Shown piece by piece: positions 1 to 12,174 of a stretch of DNA of 64,000 bases (position 1 is its first letter; every line of letters begins with the position of its first letter). The notes under the pieces were generated by a model, which worked only from the letters and a program-made list of their open reading frames with translations, did no database searches and was not told the DNA's origin. Both the position numbers and the translations under genes were made by a program. Source of the DNA: Mobula hypostoma (Eukaryota); NCBI RefSeq assembly GCF_963921235.1, contig NC_086097.1, forward strand, positions 135,224,001 through 135,288,000, in the 5' to 3' direction.

Positions 1-388
1 CTAAAAGGCTTCCCCTTTATCCTCAAACTGTGACCCCTCGTTCTGGACTTCCCCAACATCGGGAACAATCTTCCTGCATCTAGCCTGTCCAATCCCTTTA
101 GGATTTTATACGTTTCAATCAGATACCCCCTCAATCTTCTAAATTCCAACGAGTACAAGCCCAGTTCATCCAGTCTTTCTTCATATGAAAGTCCTGCCAT
201 CCCAGGAATCAATCTGGTGAACCTTCTTTGTACTCCCTCTATGGCAAGGATGTCTGTCCTCAGATTAGGGGACCAAAACTGCACACAATACTCCAGGTGT
301 GGTCTCACCAAGGCCTTGTACAACTGCAGTAGTACCTCCCTGCTCCTGTACTCGAATCCTCTCGCTATAAATGCCAGCATACCATTCG
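1..388 (-). mobile_element. Young-family CR1 LINE, 5'-truncated 3' part of ORF2 (runs off the window start), inserted into an older CR1
   Basis: Near-identical to the reverse complement of the ORF2 3' part of the copies at 17040-20886 and 57028-58321; switches abruptly to diverged CR1 sequence at about 388. Confidence 0.9.
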
Positions 389-2520
389 TTCCTGGAATCT
401 TCCTCTGGACTCTCTCCAATGACAACACATCCTTTCTGAGAAATGGGGCCCAAAACTGTTGACAATACTCCCAAGTGTGATCTGACTAATGTCTTATAAA
501 GGATCAGCATTATCTTTTTGCTTTTATATTCTATTCCCCTTGAAATAAATGCTAACATTCCTCTTGCTTTCTTTACCACAGACTCAACCTGTAAATTAAC
601 CTTCTGGGAGTCTTGCATGAGGATTCCCAAGTCTCTGCACCTTTGATGTTTGACCATTTAGATAATAGTCTGCACTATCGTACCGTTTACCAAAATGCAT
701 TATCATACATTTCCCACACTGTATTCCATCTGCCATCTTTTTTGCTCATTCTTCCAATTTGTCCCAAGTCCTGCATTGCTTCCTCAGCACTACTTACCCC
801 TTCACTTATCTTCATATCATCTGCAAACTTTGCCATAAAGCCATCAATTCCATTATCAAAATCATTGACAAACAATGTGAAAAGCAGTGGTCCCAGTATT
901 GACCCCTGAAGAACACCACCAGTCACTGGCAGCCAACCCTTAATTCCTACTGGCTGCCTCCTGCCTGTCAGCCTATCCATGCCAGTTCCTTTCCTGTAAT
1001 GCTATAGGATTTTATCTTGTTTAGCAGCTTCGTGTGTGACACCTTATCAAATGCCTTCTGGAAATCCAAGTAAATGATATCCACTGCCTCTCTTTTAGCC
1101 ACCCTGCTTGTTACTTCCTCGAAGAACTCTGTCAGATTTGTCAGGCAAGATTTCCCTTCACAGAAACCATGCTGAAGTTGACTTATTTTATCTTTTAGTC
1201 TCCAAGCACCCTGAAACCTCATCCTTAATAATAGACTCCAACATTTTTCCAACCACTGAGTTTAGGCTAACTGGCCTATAATTTCCTTTCTTTTGCCTTC
1301 CTCCCTTCTTAAAGAGTGGAGTGACATTTACAACTTTCCAGTCCCATGAGACCATGCCAGAATCAAGTGATTCTTGAAAGATCATGACCAATGCATTTGT
1401 TATCTCTTCGGCAACCTTTCTCAATACTCTGGGATGTAGTCCATCTGGGCCAGGTGACTTACCACCTTAAGACCTTTGAGTTTGCCCAGCAATTTTTCCT
1501 TTGGCACTCACTCCTGTTCCGACACTCACAGACCTCTGGCATACGTCTGGCCCTTGTGGCTACGGGGGTCAGGGGGTATGGAGGGAAGGCTGGGGCGGGG
1601 TTCTGAGTTGGATGATCAGCCATGATCATAATAAATGGCGGTGCAGGCTCGAAGGGCCGAATGGCCTACTCCTGCACCTATTTTCTATGTTTCTATACTG
1701 CTAGTGTCTTCCACAGTGAAGACTGGTGCAAAGTACTTATTAAGTTCATCTGCCATTTCTTTGTCCCCCATTACTACCTCACCAGCATCATTTTCCAGTG
1801 GTCCAATATCAACTTTCACCTCCCTTTTACTCTTTATATAACTGAAAAAACTTTTAGTATCCTGCTTTATATTATTGGTTGTTTGCCCTTGTATTTCATC
1901 TTTTCCCTTGTAGCTTTTTAGTTGCCTTTTGTTGGATTTAAAAGCTTCCCAATCATCCAAATTCCCATTCATTTTTACCACCTTATATGCCCTTTCCTTG
2001 GATTTTATGCTGTCCCTAACTTCCCTCATCAGCCACAGTTGCCTACCCCTGCCATTTGAGGACAAGTTCTTCTGTGGGACACATCTATCCAATGCCTTGT
2101 GAGCTATTTTCTGTAACTTCAGCTGTCTCTGCTCTGCCATCATCCCTGCCAGTATTCCCACCAATCCACCTGGGCAAGCTCCTCTCTCATGCCTCTGTAA
2201 TTCTCTTTATTCCATTGCAATACTGATACATGCAACTTGTGCTTCTCCCTCTTAAGTTGCAGTAGGAATTCAATCATATTAAGATCACTGCCTCCTAATG
2301 CTTCCTTTACATTAAGTTCCCTAATATGATCTGGGTTGTTACACAACAGCCAATCAAAGATGGCCTTTCCCCAAGTAGGCACAAGCTGCTCTAAAAAAAC
2401 TACCTCGCAGACATTCAACAAACTCCCTCTCCGACACCAACCTGATGTTCCCATCCCTTCGCATATTGAAGTCCCCATTATAATTATCCTTATCACATGC
2501 CTTTTCCAGCCCTCTCTCAT
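389..2520 (-). mobile_element. Old, degenerate CR1 LINE ORF2 (endonuclease remnant, linker, RT)
   Basis: Broken ORFs with CR1 RT motifs NYRPVSL, QHGF..GKSCLTNL, YLDFQKAFDKV, GSILGPLLF, KFADD; multiple frameshifts. Confidence 0.9.
1545..1696 (+). mobile_element. About 150-bp 3'-end fragment of the young CR1 family with (TTTCTATG)n tail
   Basis: Matches the 3' UTR of the long copies; flanked by ATAC at 1541-1544 and 1695-1698; interrupts the old CR1. Confidence 0.88.
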
Positions 2521-2989
2521 TTATGATTGAACTGCATTACCAGCTAGCCAGGCTGGTTACTCTATGTGGAAGAGTGCCTTCCCTTAAAAGTGTTAATAAA
2601 CTACATCTTTTTGTTCACCAGCAGCATTCTGATTGTTTATTTACTTCAGTTTAAGTCCTGCAAATTTTCTAGAGTGAAATTAGCTCAGACCTCCGAATAC
2701 GGGTACAATAAGCTGATCACAACTTTTAGATGTTGGGACAATTGGTTTATCATTGTCATATACCGAGAAACAGTGAAAAATTTTGTCTTGCATACCATTC
2801 ATACAGATCATTGCAAATATAAGTACAAAGAAAAAATACAAAGTAAATAGTATAAAAAAGAGACAATAATACAATGCAGTAACAGAGAAAGTTTATTGTG
2901 GGAGTTGATGTCTTCTGCTTGAAAAACAAAGACAGTGACCCATGGCCAACATAGCTTTTCGTCCACAATTACAAAAAAGTGAAATTTGG

Positions 2990-3330
2990 TTTGTGGTCCA
3001 ATTTGATTAGGCTGTAAGGGCGGCGAGTGAATAAGGACGGGCTCGGAACGTTTGTGCTGCTCCACTGTGTGCCGGAGGAACTGTTTATCCAGTAGTAAGC
3101 AACGAGCAAGATGGTTGATGTGGGCTGCGAGTTCGAGGATTCAGTCTTCGAAGAGTTTCGGGTGAAGAAGGCGGTGCAGAAATCGGAGTCGGGCAGTTAC
3201 AAAGCGAGATTCTGCGAGCCGGAGGTAAGGGGGCGGGCGAATGCGGCTGGTTGACCAAGCTGACATTGTAACTGTTAGCGGGGTTGCGGTCCGACAGCAA
3301 ATGGGATCCGGGGTGCACCCTTGGAGGTGA
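2990..3330 (+). promoter_or_regulatory. CpG-rich promoter / first-exon region of the C8orf76-like gene
   Basis: Local CpG enrichment in an otherwise CpG-depleted window; CCAAT near 2998 and GGGCGG near 3018, just upstream of the ATG at 3111. Confidence 0.6.
3111..3224 (+). CDS. C8orf76: C8orf76-like coding exon 1 (MVDVGCEFEDSVFEEFRVKKAVQKSESGSYKARFCEPE)
   Basis: caagATGg start context; donor GAG|GTAAGG, phase 0; EFEDSVFEE motif. Confidence 0.92.
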
Positions 3331-3710
3331 ATGAACAAGCGGGTAAATACTCGCTGTGGAAGGAAGGGCAGCTTCGGGACACTTTTTCCACTTTGTCCTG
3401 TCTCTGAAACTTTAATTTTTATCCTCAGCAGCCGTGTACTGATATTGACGTCTTTCAGAGGAGGGGAAGTTTATCTTTTGCGGCTAATGGAGTTACTTGG
3501 GCTAAATGGGGGCGGGGTGATGGGGGAAGAAGAAATAGGCTGAAATTTACAGCTGTATAAGGTATTGGTATCTTCAACTATAAAATATTCGCGATATTGT
3601 GTTCAGTTTTGGTCACTTTGCTATATGGAAGATACCATTAAGCTAGAAAGAATCCAGAGGATGTTACGAGGTCTCAAGGGACTGAGTTTTAAGGAGGGGT
3701 TAAGCAGGTT

Positions 3711-3971
3711 GGCGCGTGGCAAGTGGTTAAGGTGTTCGTCTAGTGATTTGAAGGTTGCTAGTTCCAGGAAGGCACTTAACCACTCATTGCTCTGCAATGA
3801 CACCGGTGCCAAGCTATAAGGGTCCTAATGCCCTACCCTTGGACAACATCGGTGGTGTGGAGACGGGAGACTTGCAGCATGGGCAACTGCTGGTCTTCCA
3901 TACAACCTTGCCCAGGCCTGTGGCCTTCCACGGCGCAAATCCATGGTCTAACGGATGCCTATATATATATA
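3711..3971 (+). mobile_element. tRNA-derived SINE with (TA)n tail and about 12-bp TSD
   Basis: A-box-like TGGCAAGTGGTTAAGG at the 5' end; TAAGCAGGTTGG at 3701-3712 and 3972-3983. Confidence 0.75.
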
Positions 3972-4189
3972 TAAGCAGGTTGGGACTTTTCTCATTAGAG
4001 CATGGAAGGAAGAGGGGTGATATTATGGAAGTGTATAAAATCATGAGGGCATACATAGGGTGAATATAAACTGCATTTTTCCCAGGATTGTGCAATCAAG
4101 ATGAGAAGGGAGAGAATTAACAGAAACTTGGGTGGTCCGTAGTGAGTGAGTAATGAGTGGCAGATGATGTGATTGGGGCAAGTACACTT

Positions 4190-4460
4190 GGCAGTGCACC
4201 ATGGTAGCATAGCGGTTAGCGTGATGCCTTTACAGCAGAGGCGTTCTGGAGTTTGGAGTTCAGTACTGGTGCCTTCTGTAAGGAGTGTGCACGTTCTCCC
4301 CGTGAATGCACGGGATTCCTCCGAGTGCTCCGGTTCCTCCCACAGCACAAAGACAAGTTGGTCACGGTAAATAGTCCTGTCATTAGGCTAGAGTTACATA
4401 GGTGGGTTGCTGGGCTGGAAGGCTTGCTCCGTGCTGTGTCTATAAATAAAATAAATATAA
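4190..4460 (+). mobile_element. tRNA-derived SINE; related copies at about 9810-9960 (+), 29410-29680 (-), 31690-31965 (-), 47205-47490 (+)
   Basis: GGTAGCATAGCGGTTAGC A-box-like head and A/T-rich tail; recurs several times in the window. Confidence 0.7.
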
Positions 4461-5319
4461 ATTCCATTTAAAAGGCACTTGGGCAAGTACATAGATTGGA
4501 AAGGGTTAAAGGGGTATGGGCCAAATCTGGGCAAAGGGGTCTAACATAGGTGTGAATCATGGTCAGCATGGACTACTTGGGCTGAAAGTCCTGTTTTCAT
4601 GCTGTATTACTCTATGAGGTGGTCTTTTTGTTTTAGCAATTGAAAACAGATTGATTAACCATTATCACTCTTCTTTATGGGAGCTTACTGTGGGAAACTT
4701 GGTTGCTGCACTTCCTACTTTACAAAAATTTAAAAGTATTTCATTGATTGTCACATAATTTTTATCCACCTTCCCCTCACCCCACTGCTGATTCTCCCAA
4801 CATAATCAAAACCAGCACAATTCTAAGCTATTTTGTTAAGTGTAGGAAGTTAAAGCAGTTTGCCTTAGAGCTAAAGCAAATGATTCTAACTTACCCAGTC
4901 TGTCCATGTAGCTGAGGTCCCTGTTACCTTGTGGAGACACGATCTCATCTTCACTGTGTGTCATATTGTGTACCATTCATTCATGCTAAATGGGATAGGT
5001 TCAGAGCAGATCTGGCTGCTTGAAACTGAGCATCCTCGAAGGGCTCTAGACCAGCAGCAGAAATAGTCTGTGTCACAATCTGTAACCTCACAATTCAGCG
5101 CATCTATCTTTGTAACAAGTCCGGGGCTTAACCCACATTTGATGAGGAATGCAGAAAGGCATACTGGAAGCAGCACGAACCATGAGTCAAGATTCCTGTA
5201 ACTACAACACAGAACTGGGTGCATGCCAAACGGCAAAATTAACTTGTACAAGTCAGAGCTAAGTAACCACACATCCAATAGATCAAATCAAGTTTAGAAG
5301 ACCTGTCACATCCAGCAAA

Positions 5320-5927
5320 TGAAACCCTCAGGCTCGGCCAGCACGCGTTCGTCTAGGGGGAGGCAGTCCCTGGCCTGCCAAACTGATAAATCTCATTTGT
5401 GTGGATACTATGTGGTGTGTTGCCCGGTTACAAATCTTCACCGCAAAATATCAGACAGTACACCATATGCAATTAAATGATTGTCTGAATATAGGGTTAG
5501 TAAAGAAAATTTTTTAAAAAGGGCCCATTTTAAGGAAAAAAGTCAAAAGTGCATGTTGGAGCTCACTAACACGGCTATTCATCAACCATCAACCTCCTCC
5601 AAGCGTCGCTGACCTTCGGACCCTCGCTCCTGGTCCACTCCATCCGGTCGTCTCCCAGCTCCCTCCACACAAGCATCTTCCTCCTTCCTCACTCGCCGAC
5701 AAAAGACCGCAAAATCTCTCTTCCAAACTCACAAGAAAGAACAACATCCCTCTTATTGGATAACATACATTCCAAAGTCTTAGTTATCTCTCGTCATAAC
5801 CCAAACATTGCTGCTAGAGAGAAACCATTACATTAGCAGTGAAACATTACAGAGAGGCCATTACATTAGCAGTGTAATGTTACAGAGAGGCCATTACATT
5901 AGCAGTGAAACCTTACAGTGTGTTACA
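5320..5927. mobile_element. Probable solo LTR (about 608 bp) with an internal 33-bp tandem repeat
   Basis: Termini TGAAAC...GTTACA (TG...CA); flanks CAAA / CAAG; three 33-bp units starting at 5825, 5858 and 5891. Confidence 0.55.
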
Positions 5928-6137
5928 CAAGAAAATCCCGATGCTTAATGGTAACTGGCATGTGAATGCTAAAGACAAGGTGAAAACATTCACAATTGTT
6001 TCAACAGACTGTATGAATGAACTACCTCAAATTCCCCCTGAAGTCTTCCCACTGGAGTCCATCTGACAATGTGGAAAAGTGCCCAATTCACAAATGGTGG
6101 GAGAAATCAGTACAACTATTTCTACCCAATAACTTCG

Positions 6138-9100
6138 CTAGGGGGTCAGATAGGCGATTCTGTGGACGCAGTCCAGAGACCTGGATGGTAGTTTGCCTCC
6201 CTGGTGCCAGGGTCCGGGATATTTCTCATCGTGTCCAAGATATCCTGAAGTGGGAAGGTGAGCAGCCAGAGGTCGTGGTACATATAGGTACCAATGACAT
6301 AGGTAGGAAAAAGGAAGAGGTCCTGAAAGGAGAATATAGGGAGTTAGGAAGGGAGTTGATAAAAAGGACCGCAAAGGTAGTAATCTCGTGATTACTGCCT
6401 GTGCCACGTGACAGTGAGAGTAGAAGTGCAATGAGGTGGAGGATAAATGCGTGGCTGAGGGATTGGAGCAGGGGGCAGGGATTCAAGTTTTTGGATCATT
6501 GGGACCTCTTTTGGCGCAGGCGTGACCTGTACAAAAAGGACGGGTTACACTTGAATCCTAGGGGGACCAATATCCTGGCGGGGAGATTTGCGAGGGCTAC
6601 TGAGGTGACTTTAAACTAGAATGATTGGGGGGTGGGAATCAAATTAAAGAGACTAGGAGAGAGGAGGTTAGTTCACAACAGGGGGGTGGGAACAAGTACA
6701 GAGAGACAGAGGGGTGTAAAATGAGGGTAGAAGCAAAAAGTGGTAAGGTGAAAAGTAAAAGTGGCAGGCCAACAAATCCAGGGCAAAAATCAAAAAGGGC
6801 CACTTTTCAGCATAATTGTATGAGGGCTAAGAGTGTTGTAAAAGCAAGCCTGAAGGCTTTGTGTGTCAATGCAAGGAGCATTCGTAACAAGGTGGATGAA
6901 TTAAAAGTGCAGATTGTTATTAATGAATATGATATAGTTGGGATCACAGAGACATAGCTCCAGGGTGACCAAGGATGGGAGCTCAACATTCAGGGATATT
7001 CAATATTCAGGAGGGATAGATATGAAAGAAAAGGAGGTGGGGTAGCATTGCTGGTTAGAGAGGAGATTAACGCAATAGAAAGGAAGGACATTAGCCGGGA
7101 GGATGTGGAATCGATGTGGGTAGAGCTGCATAACACTACGGGGCAGAAAACGCTGGTGGGAGTTGTGTACAGGCCACCTAACAGTAGTAGTGAGGTCGGA
7201 GATGGTATTAAACAGGAAATTAGAAATGTGTGCAATAAAGGAACAGCAGTTATAATGGGTGACTTCAATCTACATATAGATTGGATGAACCAAATTGATA
7301 AGGGTGCTGAGGAAGAGGATTTCTTGGAATGTATGCGGGATGGTTTTTTGAACCAACATGTCGAGGAACCAACTAGAGTGCAGGCTATTCTAGACTGGGT
7401 ATTTAGCAATGAGGAAGGGTTAATTAGCAATCTTGTCGTGAGAGGCCCCTTGGGTAAGAGTGACCATAATATGGTGGAATTCTTCATTAAGATGGAGAGT
7501 GACGTAGTTAATTCAGAAATAAAGGTTTTGAACTTAAAGAAGGGTAACTTTGAAGGTATGAGACGTGAATTAGCTAAGATAGACTGGCAAATGACACTTA
7601 AAGGGTTGACGGTGGATATGCAATGGCAGGCATTTAAAGATCGCATGGATGAACTACAATTGTTCATCCCAGTTTGGCAAAAGAATAAATCAAGGAAGGT
7701 AGTGCACCCGTGGCTGACAAGGGAAATTTGGGATAGTATCAATTCCAAAGAAGAAGCATACAAATTAGCCAGAAAAAGTGGCTCACCTGAGGATTGGGAG
7801 AAATTCAGAGTCCAACAGAGGAGGACAAAGGGCTTAATTAGGAAGGGGAAAAAAGATTGTGAGAGAAAACTGGCAGGGAACATAAAAACTGACTGTAAAA
7901 TCTTTTATAGATATGTGAAAAGAAAAAGATTGGTTAAGACAAATGTAGGTCCCCCTACAGACAGAAACAGGTGAATTGATTATGGGGAGCAAGGACATGG
8001 CAGACCAATTGAATAACTATTTAGTTCTGTCTTCACTAAGGAGGACATAAATAATCTTCTGGAAATAGTAGGGGACAGAGGGTCCAGTGAGATGGAGGAA
8101 CTGAGGGAAATGCATGTTAGTAGGGAAGTGGTGTTAGGTAAATTGAAGGGATTAAAGGCAGATAAAGCCCCAGGGCCAGATGGTCTGTATCCCAGAGTGC
8201 TTAAGGAAGTAGCCCAAGAAATAGTGGATGCATCAGTGATAATTTTTCAAAACTCTTTAGATTCTGGACTAGTTCTTGAGGATTAGAGGGTGGCTAATGT
8301 AACCCCACTTTTTAAAAAAGGAGGGAGAGAAACCGGGGAATTATAGACCGGTTAGCCTAACATCGGTGGTGGGGAAAATGCTAGAGTCAGTTATCAAAGA
8401 TGTGATAACAGCACATTTGGAAAGTGGTGAAATCATCGGACAAAGTCAGCATGGATTTGTGAAAGGAAAATCATGTCTGACGAATCTCATAGAATTTTTT
8501 TGAGGATGTAACTAGTAGAGTGGATAGGGGAGAACCAGTGGATGTGGTATATTTGGATTTTCAAAAGGCTTTTGACAAGGTCCCACACAGAAGATTAGTG
8601 TGCAAACTTAAAGCACACGGTATTGGGGGATGTGGATAGAGAATTGGTTGGCAGACAGGAAGCAAAGAGTGGGAATAAACGGGACCTTTTCAGAATGGCA
8701 GGCAGTGACTAGTGAGGTTCCACAAGGCTCAATGCTGGGACCCCAGATGTTTACAATATATATTAATGACTTAGATGAGGGAATTAAATGCAGCATCTCC
8801 AAGTTTGCAGATGACACGAAGCTGGGGGGCAGTGTTAGCTGTGAGGAGGATGCTAAGAGGATGTAGGGTGACTTGGATAGGTTAGGTGAGTGGGCAAATT
8901 CATGGCAGATGCAACTTAATGTGGATAAATGTGAGGTTATCCACTTTGGTGGCAAAAACAGGAAAACAGATTATTATCCGAATGGTGGCCGATTAGGAAA
9001 AGGGGAGGTGCAACGAGACCTGGGTGTCATTATACACCAGTCATTGAAAGTGGGCATGCAGGTACAGCAGGCGGTGGAAAAGTCGAATGGTATGCTGGCA

Positions 9101-9730
9101 AGAGGATTCGAGTACAGGAGCAGGGAGGTTCTACTGCAGTTGTACAAGGCCTTGGTGAGACCACACCTGGAGTATTGTGTGCAGTTTTGGTCCCCTAATC
9201 TGAGGAAAGACATCCTTGCCATAGAGGGAGTGCAAAGAAGGTTCACCAGATTGATTCTTGGGATGGCAGGACTTTCATATGATGAAAGACTGGATCAACT
9301 AGGCTTATACTCGTTGGAATTTAGAAGATTGAGCGGGGGATCTTATTGAAACATATAAAATCCTAAAGGGATTGGACAGGCTAGATGCAGGAAGATCGTT
9401 CCCGATGTTGGGGAGTCCAGAACCAGAGGTCACAGTTTGAGGATAAAGGGGAGCCTTTTAGGACCGAGATTAGGAAAAATTTCTTCACACAGAGAGTGGT
9501 GAATCTGTGGAATTCTGTGCCACAGGAAACAGTTGAGGCCAGTTCATTGGCTATATTTAAGAGGGAGTTAGATATGGCCCTTGTGGCTAAAGGGATCGGG
9601 GGTATGGAGGGAAGGCTGGTACAGGGTTCTGAGTTGGATGATCAGCCATGATCATACTGAATGGCGGTGCAGGCTCAAAGGGCCGAATGGCCTACTCCTG
9701 CACCTATTTTCTATGTTTCTATGTTTCTAT
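6138..9730 (+). mobile_element. Young-family CR1 LINE, 5'-truncated within ORF1; esterase ORF1 remnant plus full but disrupted APE-RT ORF2
   Basis: ORF1 SGNH motifs CLPGA, VVHIGTNDI, DGLH; endonuclease motifs NARS, GITET, YRPP, GDFN, SDH; RT motifs PQGS.LGP, KFADD; (TTTCTATG)n tail; several stops and frameshifts. Confidence 0.95.
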
Positions 9731-10074
9731 CAGTCCTCAGTATTTACTTACCAATAACCCATTTGGATTTCACCAGGACCATCAGTGCAGCATTTGTCTG
9801 AATATGGAGTATGAGGTGGCACAGTAGTGTAATTCTATTACAACGCCAGAGACTAGGGTTCAATCCATGCTGTTTATACTGCAAAAATTCCCTACCACGT
9901 TCCAAAGGTGTACAGGTTAGTAGGTTATTTGAGTGGAGTGGGCTTGTTGCTAGAAGGGCCTGGGGGTAACTGCATTTGACATCAAAACAGCACTTAATTG
10001 ATTGTGGAATCAAGAGGAGCTCTGGTAAAACTGAGGTGAACGGCTGGCATGGTGAAGGCAGGGCTCACGAGACT

Positions 10075-10780
10075 GCGGAAGGTGGAATCCGGAGCAACAA
10101 ATAAACTGGTCGAGGAACTCAGCAGGTCAAGCAGCGTGTGCAAGAAAGTAGATGGTGGACATTTCGGGTCGAGATAGTTTATCTGGACTCAATAATAGTG
10201 GGGGGGGGTGGTGTAAGTGGTGGGTAGAGGTGATAGGCAGATGGAGCCTAGAAGAGTGGAAATGATAACAGTTAGGTGTTGATAAGTGGAAGCAACAAGG
10301 GCTGCAGACGATAAATCCTGATAGGAAAAGAAAGTGGACCATGGAATCAAATAGGGAGTCGAGAGGGCAGCTGGGAATTAGTCTGTGGGAGTGTGTGGAT
10401 GATGGGCATATGGGATGGGTGGAGGAAGGGAAAGAAACAGGGTGATGGGGGAGCTGGGGTGGATGTAGAGGAACTGGGTGGATCAGGAGGAGAAAGAAAG
10501 GGACAAGAAGGAGAGCAGTGTGCCTGAACTTGGAGAATTTAATGTGCCATTAGATTGTAAAGTACCCTGGCAGAATATGAGTCATGTTCTTCTTGTTATT
10601 AGTCTCACACTAGCAGTAGAGGAGGCTGAGGACAGATGGGTCAATATTGGAATGAAGAAGAGAATTAAAATGTCTGGCAACAGGAGCTCCAGAAGGCCAG
10701 GACAGACAAAACACAGGGCTCATTAAACTGGTTGCCTAGTTTGTGCTTTGTCTCACTGATGTAGAGGGGGCCACACTGTT
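10075..10780 (-). mobile_element. Degenerate Penelope-like element 3' part
   Basis: Same terminal motif (GAGGAACTCAGCAGGTCAAGCAGC) and purine-rich tract as the better preserved copies at 36565-37045 and 44445-45030. Confidence 0.55.
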
Positions 10781-11966
10781 TGGTGAAAGCACTTCACTGC
10801 ATTTCATAAAAGAGAAGATAATTGTGGTTGACAGTGGTCAATCATCCCATCCTTTCCCAAGAATGTCAATGCGGGAGTTCTTCAGAGAAATGTCATTGGC
10901 CCAACTTCAGCTTCGTGAATGACCATTAAAAGGTGGAAGTGGAGATATTTGCTTATGAATGTGCAACTCCTTAACAAACAAAGCAGTCCATGTCTGTGTC
11001 CAGGAAGACTGGGAGACTCTGCCATTGAACAGAAACTCAAGTGGAATAACTACCTAGAAATGGGGCTACAAAAGCTGACATCTCACTAAATTTCCTTTCC
11101 TCCATCACCACCACACTGTGGCTGGAGGGTCCACTATTTACAAAACAAGCTGTATTTATCTACCTAGCCTGTTCCAATAGTACCCTCTGGACCTGCCACC
11201 TTTACTGCAAAGAAGAAAGGCAGTAGGCAGGCAAGAACACCACTCCCTGCGGGTCTCAGTCCATCCTGACTTGGAAGTTTATCACCAGTCCTTCATCGTT
11301 GCTGGGTCGAAATCTTGGAACTCTATTGCAACAGCACTGTGGGAGCACCTTAGCCAGAAAGAGTGATTCAAGAGGTAGCTCACCACCACCTTCTGAAGAG
11401 AAATTAAGAATGGGTCATGATTACTGGGCTTGCTTGCAATACTTAGATCTTGAAAAAATAAATAAACAAAATACTTCCGTTAAGTCTCTGTCCCTATAGT
11501 ATCTTAAAGTGTGATGCCCAAAATACTCCAGCCACATTCTGCTCATTATTTATAAATGTTTAGCATAAATTGCTGGCTGCCTTTCACTGGAAAAAGGTAA
11601 ATTTGTTTATATTTTGTATATTCGGTTTCAGCTTTAATATCATTGGCATTTGTTGAGAAATTTATTGTTTTGTGACAGCAATATATTGCAATACATAATA
11701 AAAAACTATAAATTAAAATAAGAAATATATATATATAAATTAAATTAGGTAAATAGTGCAAAAAAAGGTGGGGGAGAGTGGTGAGGTCGCGTACGTGACT
11801 TCATTGTCCATTCAGAAATCTGATAGCAGAGAGAGTGTTTGCCGTTTAACTTAACCAATGTAAAAATTCCCAATTGTTTTCTAATCATAAAGTGACCAAG
11901 TTATCCATCTCTTCAATCTTAAAACAAATAATGTCTTCAATATTTACTGCCTCTGATCAATTCCAG

Positions 11967-12062
11967 TGGTTTTGGGATGACGTTTCCACCATGGACGAGG
12001 TGAAGAAACTGACTGCACTGAAGTTTCGAGGCGACCTGGCATTTAAGCGTCAGGATTATCAG
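11967..12062 (+). CDS. C8orf76: C8orf76-like coding exon 2 (WFWDDVSTMDEVKKLTALKFRGDLAFKRQDYQ)
   Basis: ttccag| acceptor and CAG|GTAACT donor, phase 0-0. Confidence 0.93.
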
Positions 12063-12174
12063 GTAACTAGAGCTGCAGCCACCTCTGATCCGCGAATATC
12101 AAGACCTACACTTTCGGAAGAACTCTGCATTTTCTTTTGTCTGTTCAGTCAAGTGGACATGGTATCCTTAGTTT

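Larger units (their letters stand above)
3545..4620 (+). mobile_element. Old CR1 3' fragment interrupted by two SINEs
   Basis: YCVQFWS...IKLERIQR and LGLFSLE..R.RGD..EVYKIM remnants, followed by a CR1-like 3' UTR. Confidence 0.7.

Noticed and set aside
4190..4270. tRNA gene
   Set aside because: Only an A-box-like head without a full cloverleaf, and it continues into SINE body sequence.
6990..7883. 297-aa minus-strand ORF and similar antisense ORFs (e.g. MPPKWITSHL..., MNLLCTPSMA...)
   Set aside because: Antisense shadows of CR1 ORF2 that recur in every copy; no independent coding evidence.
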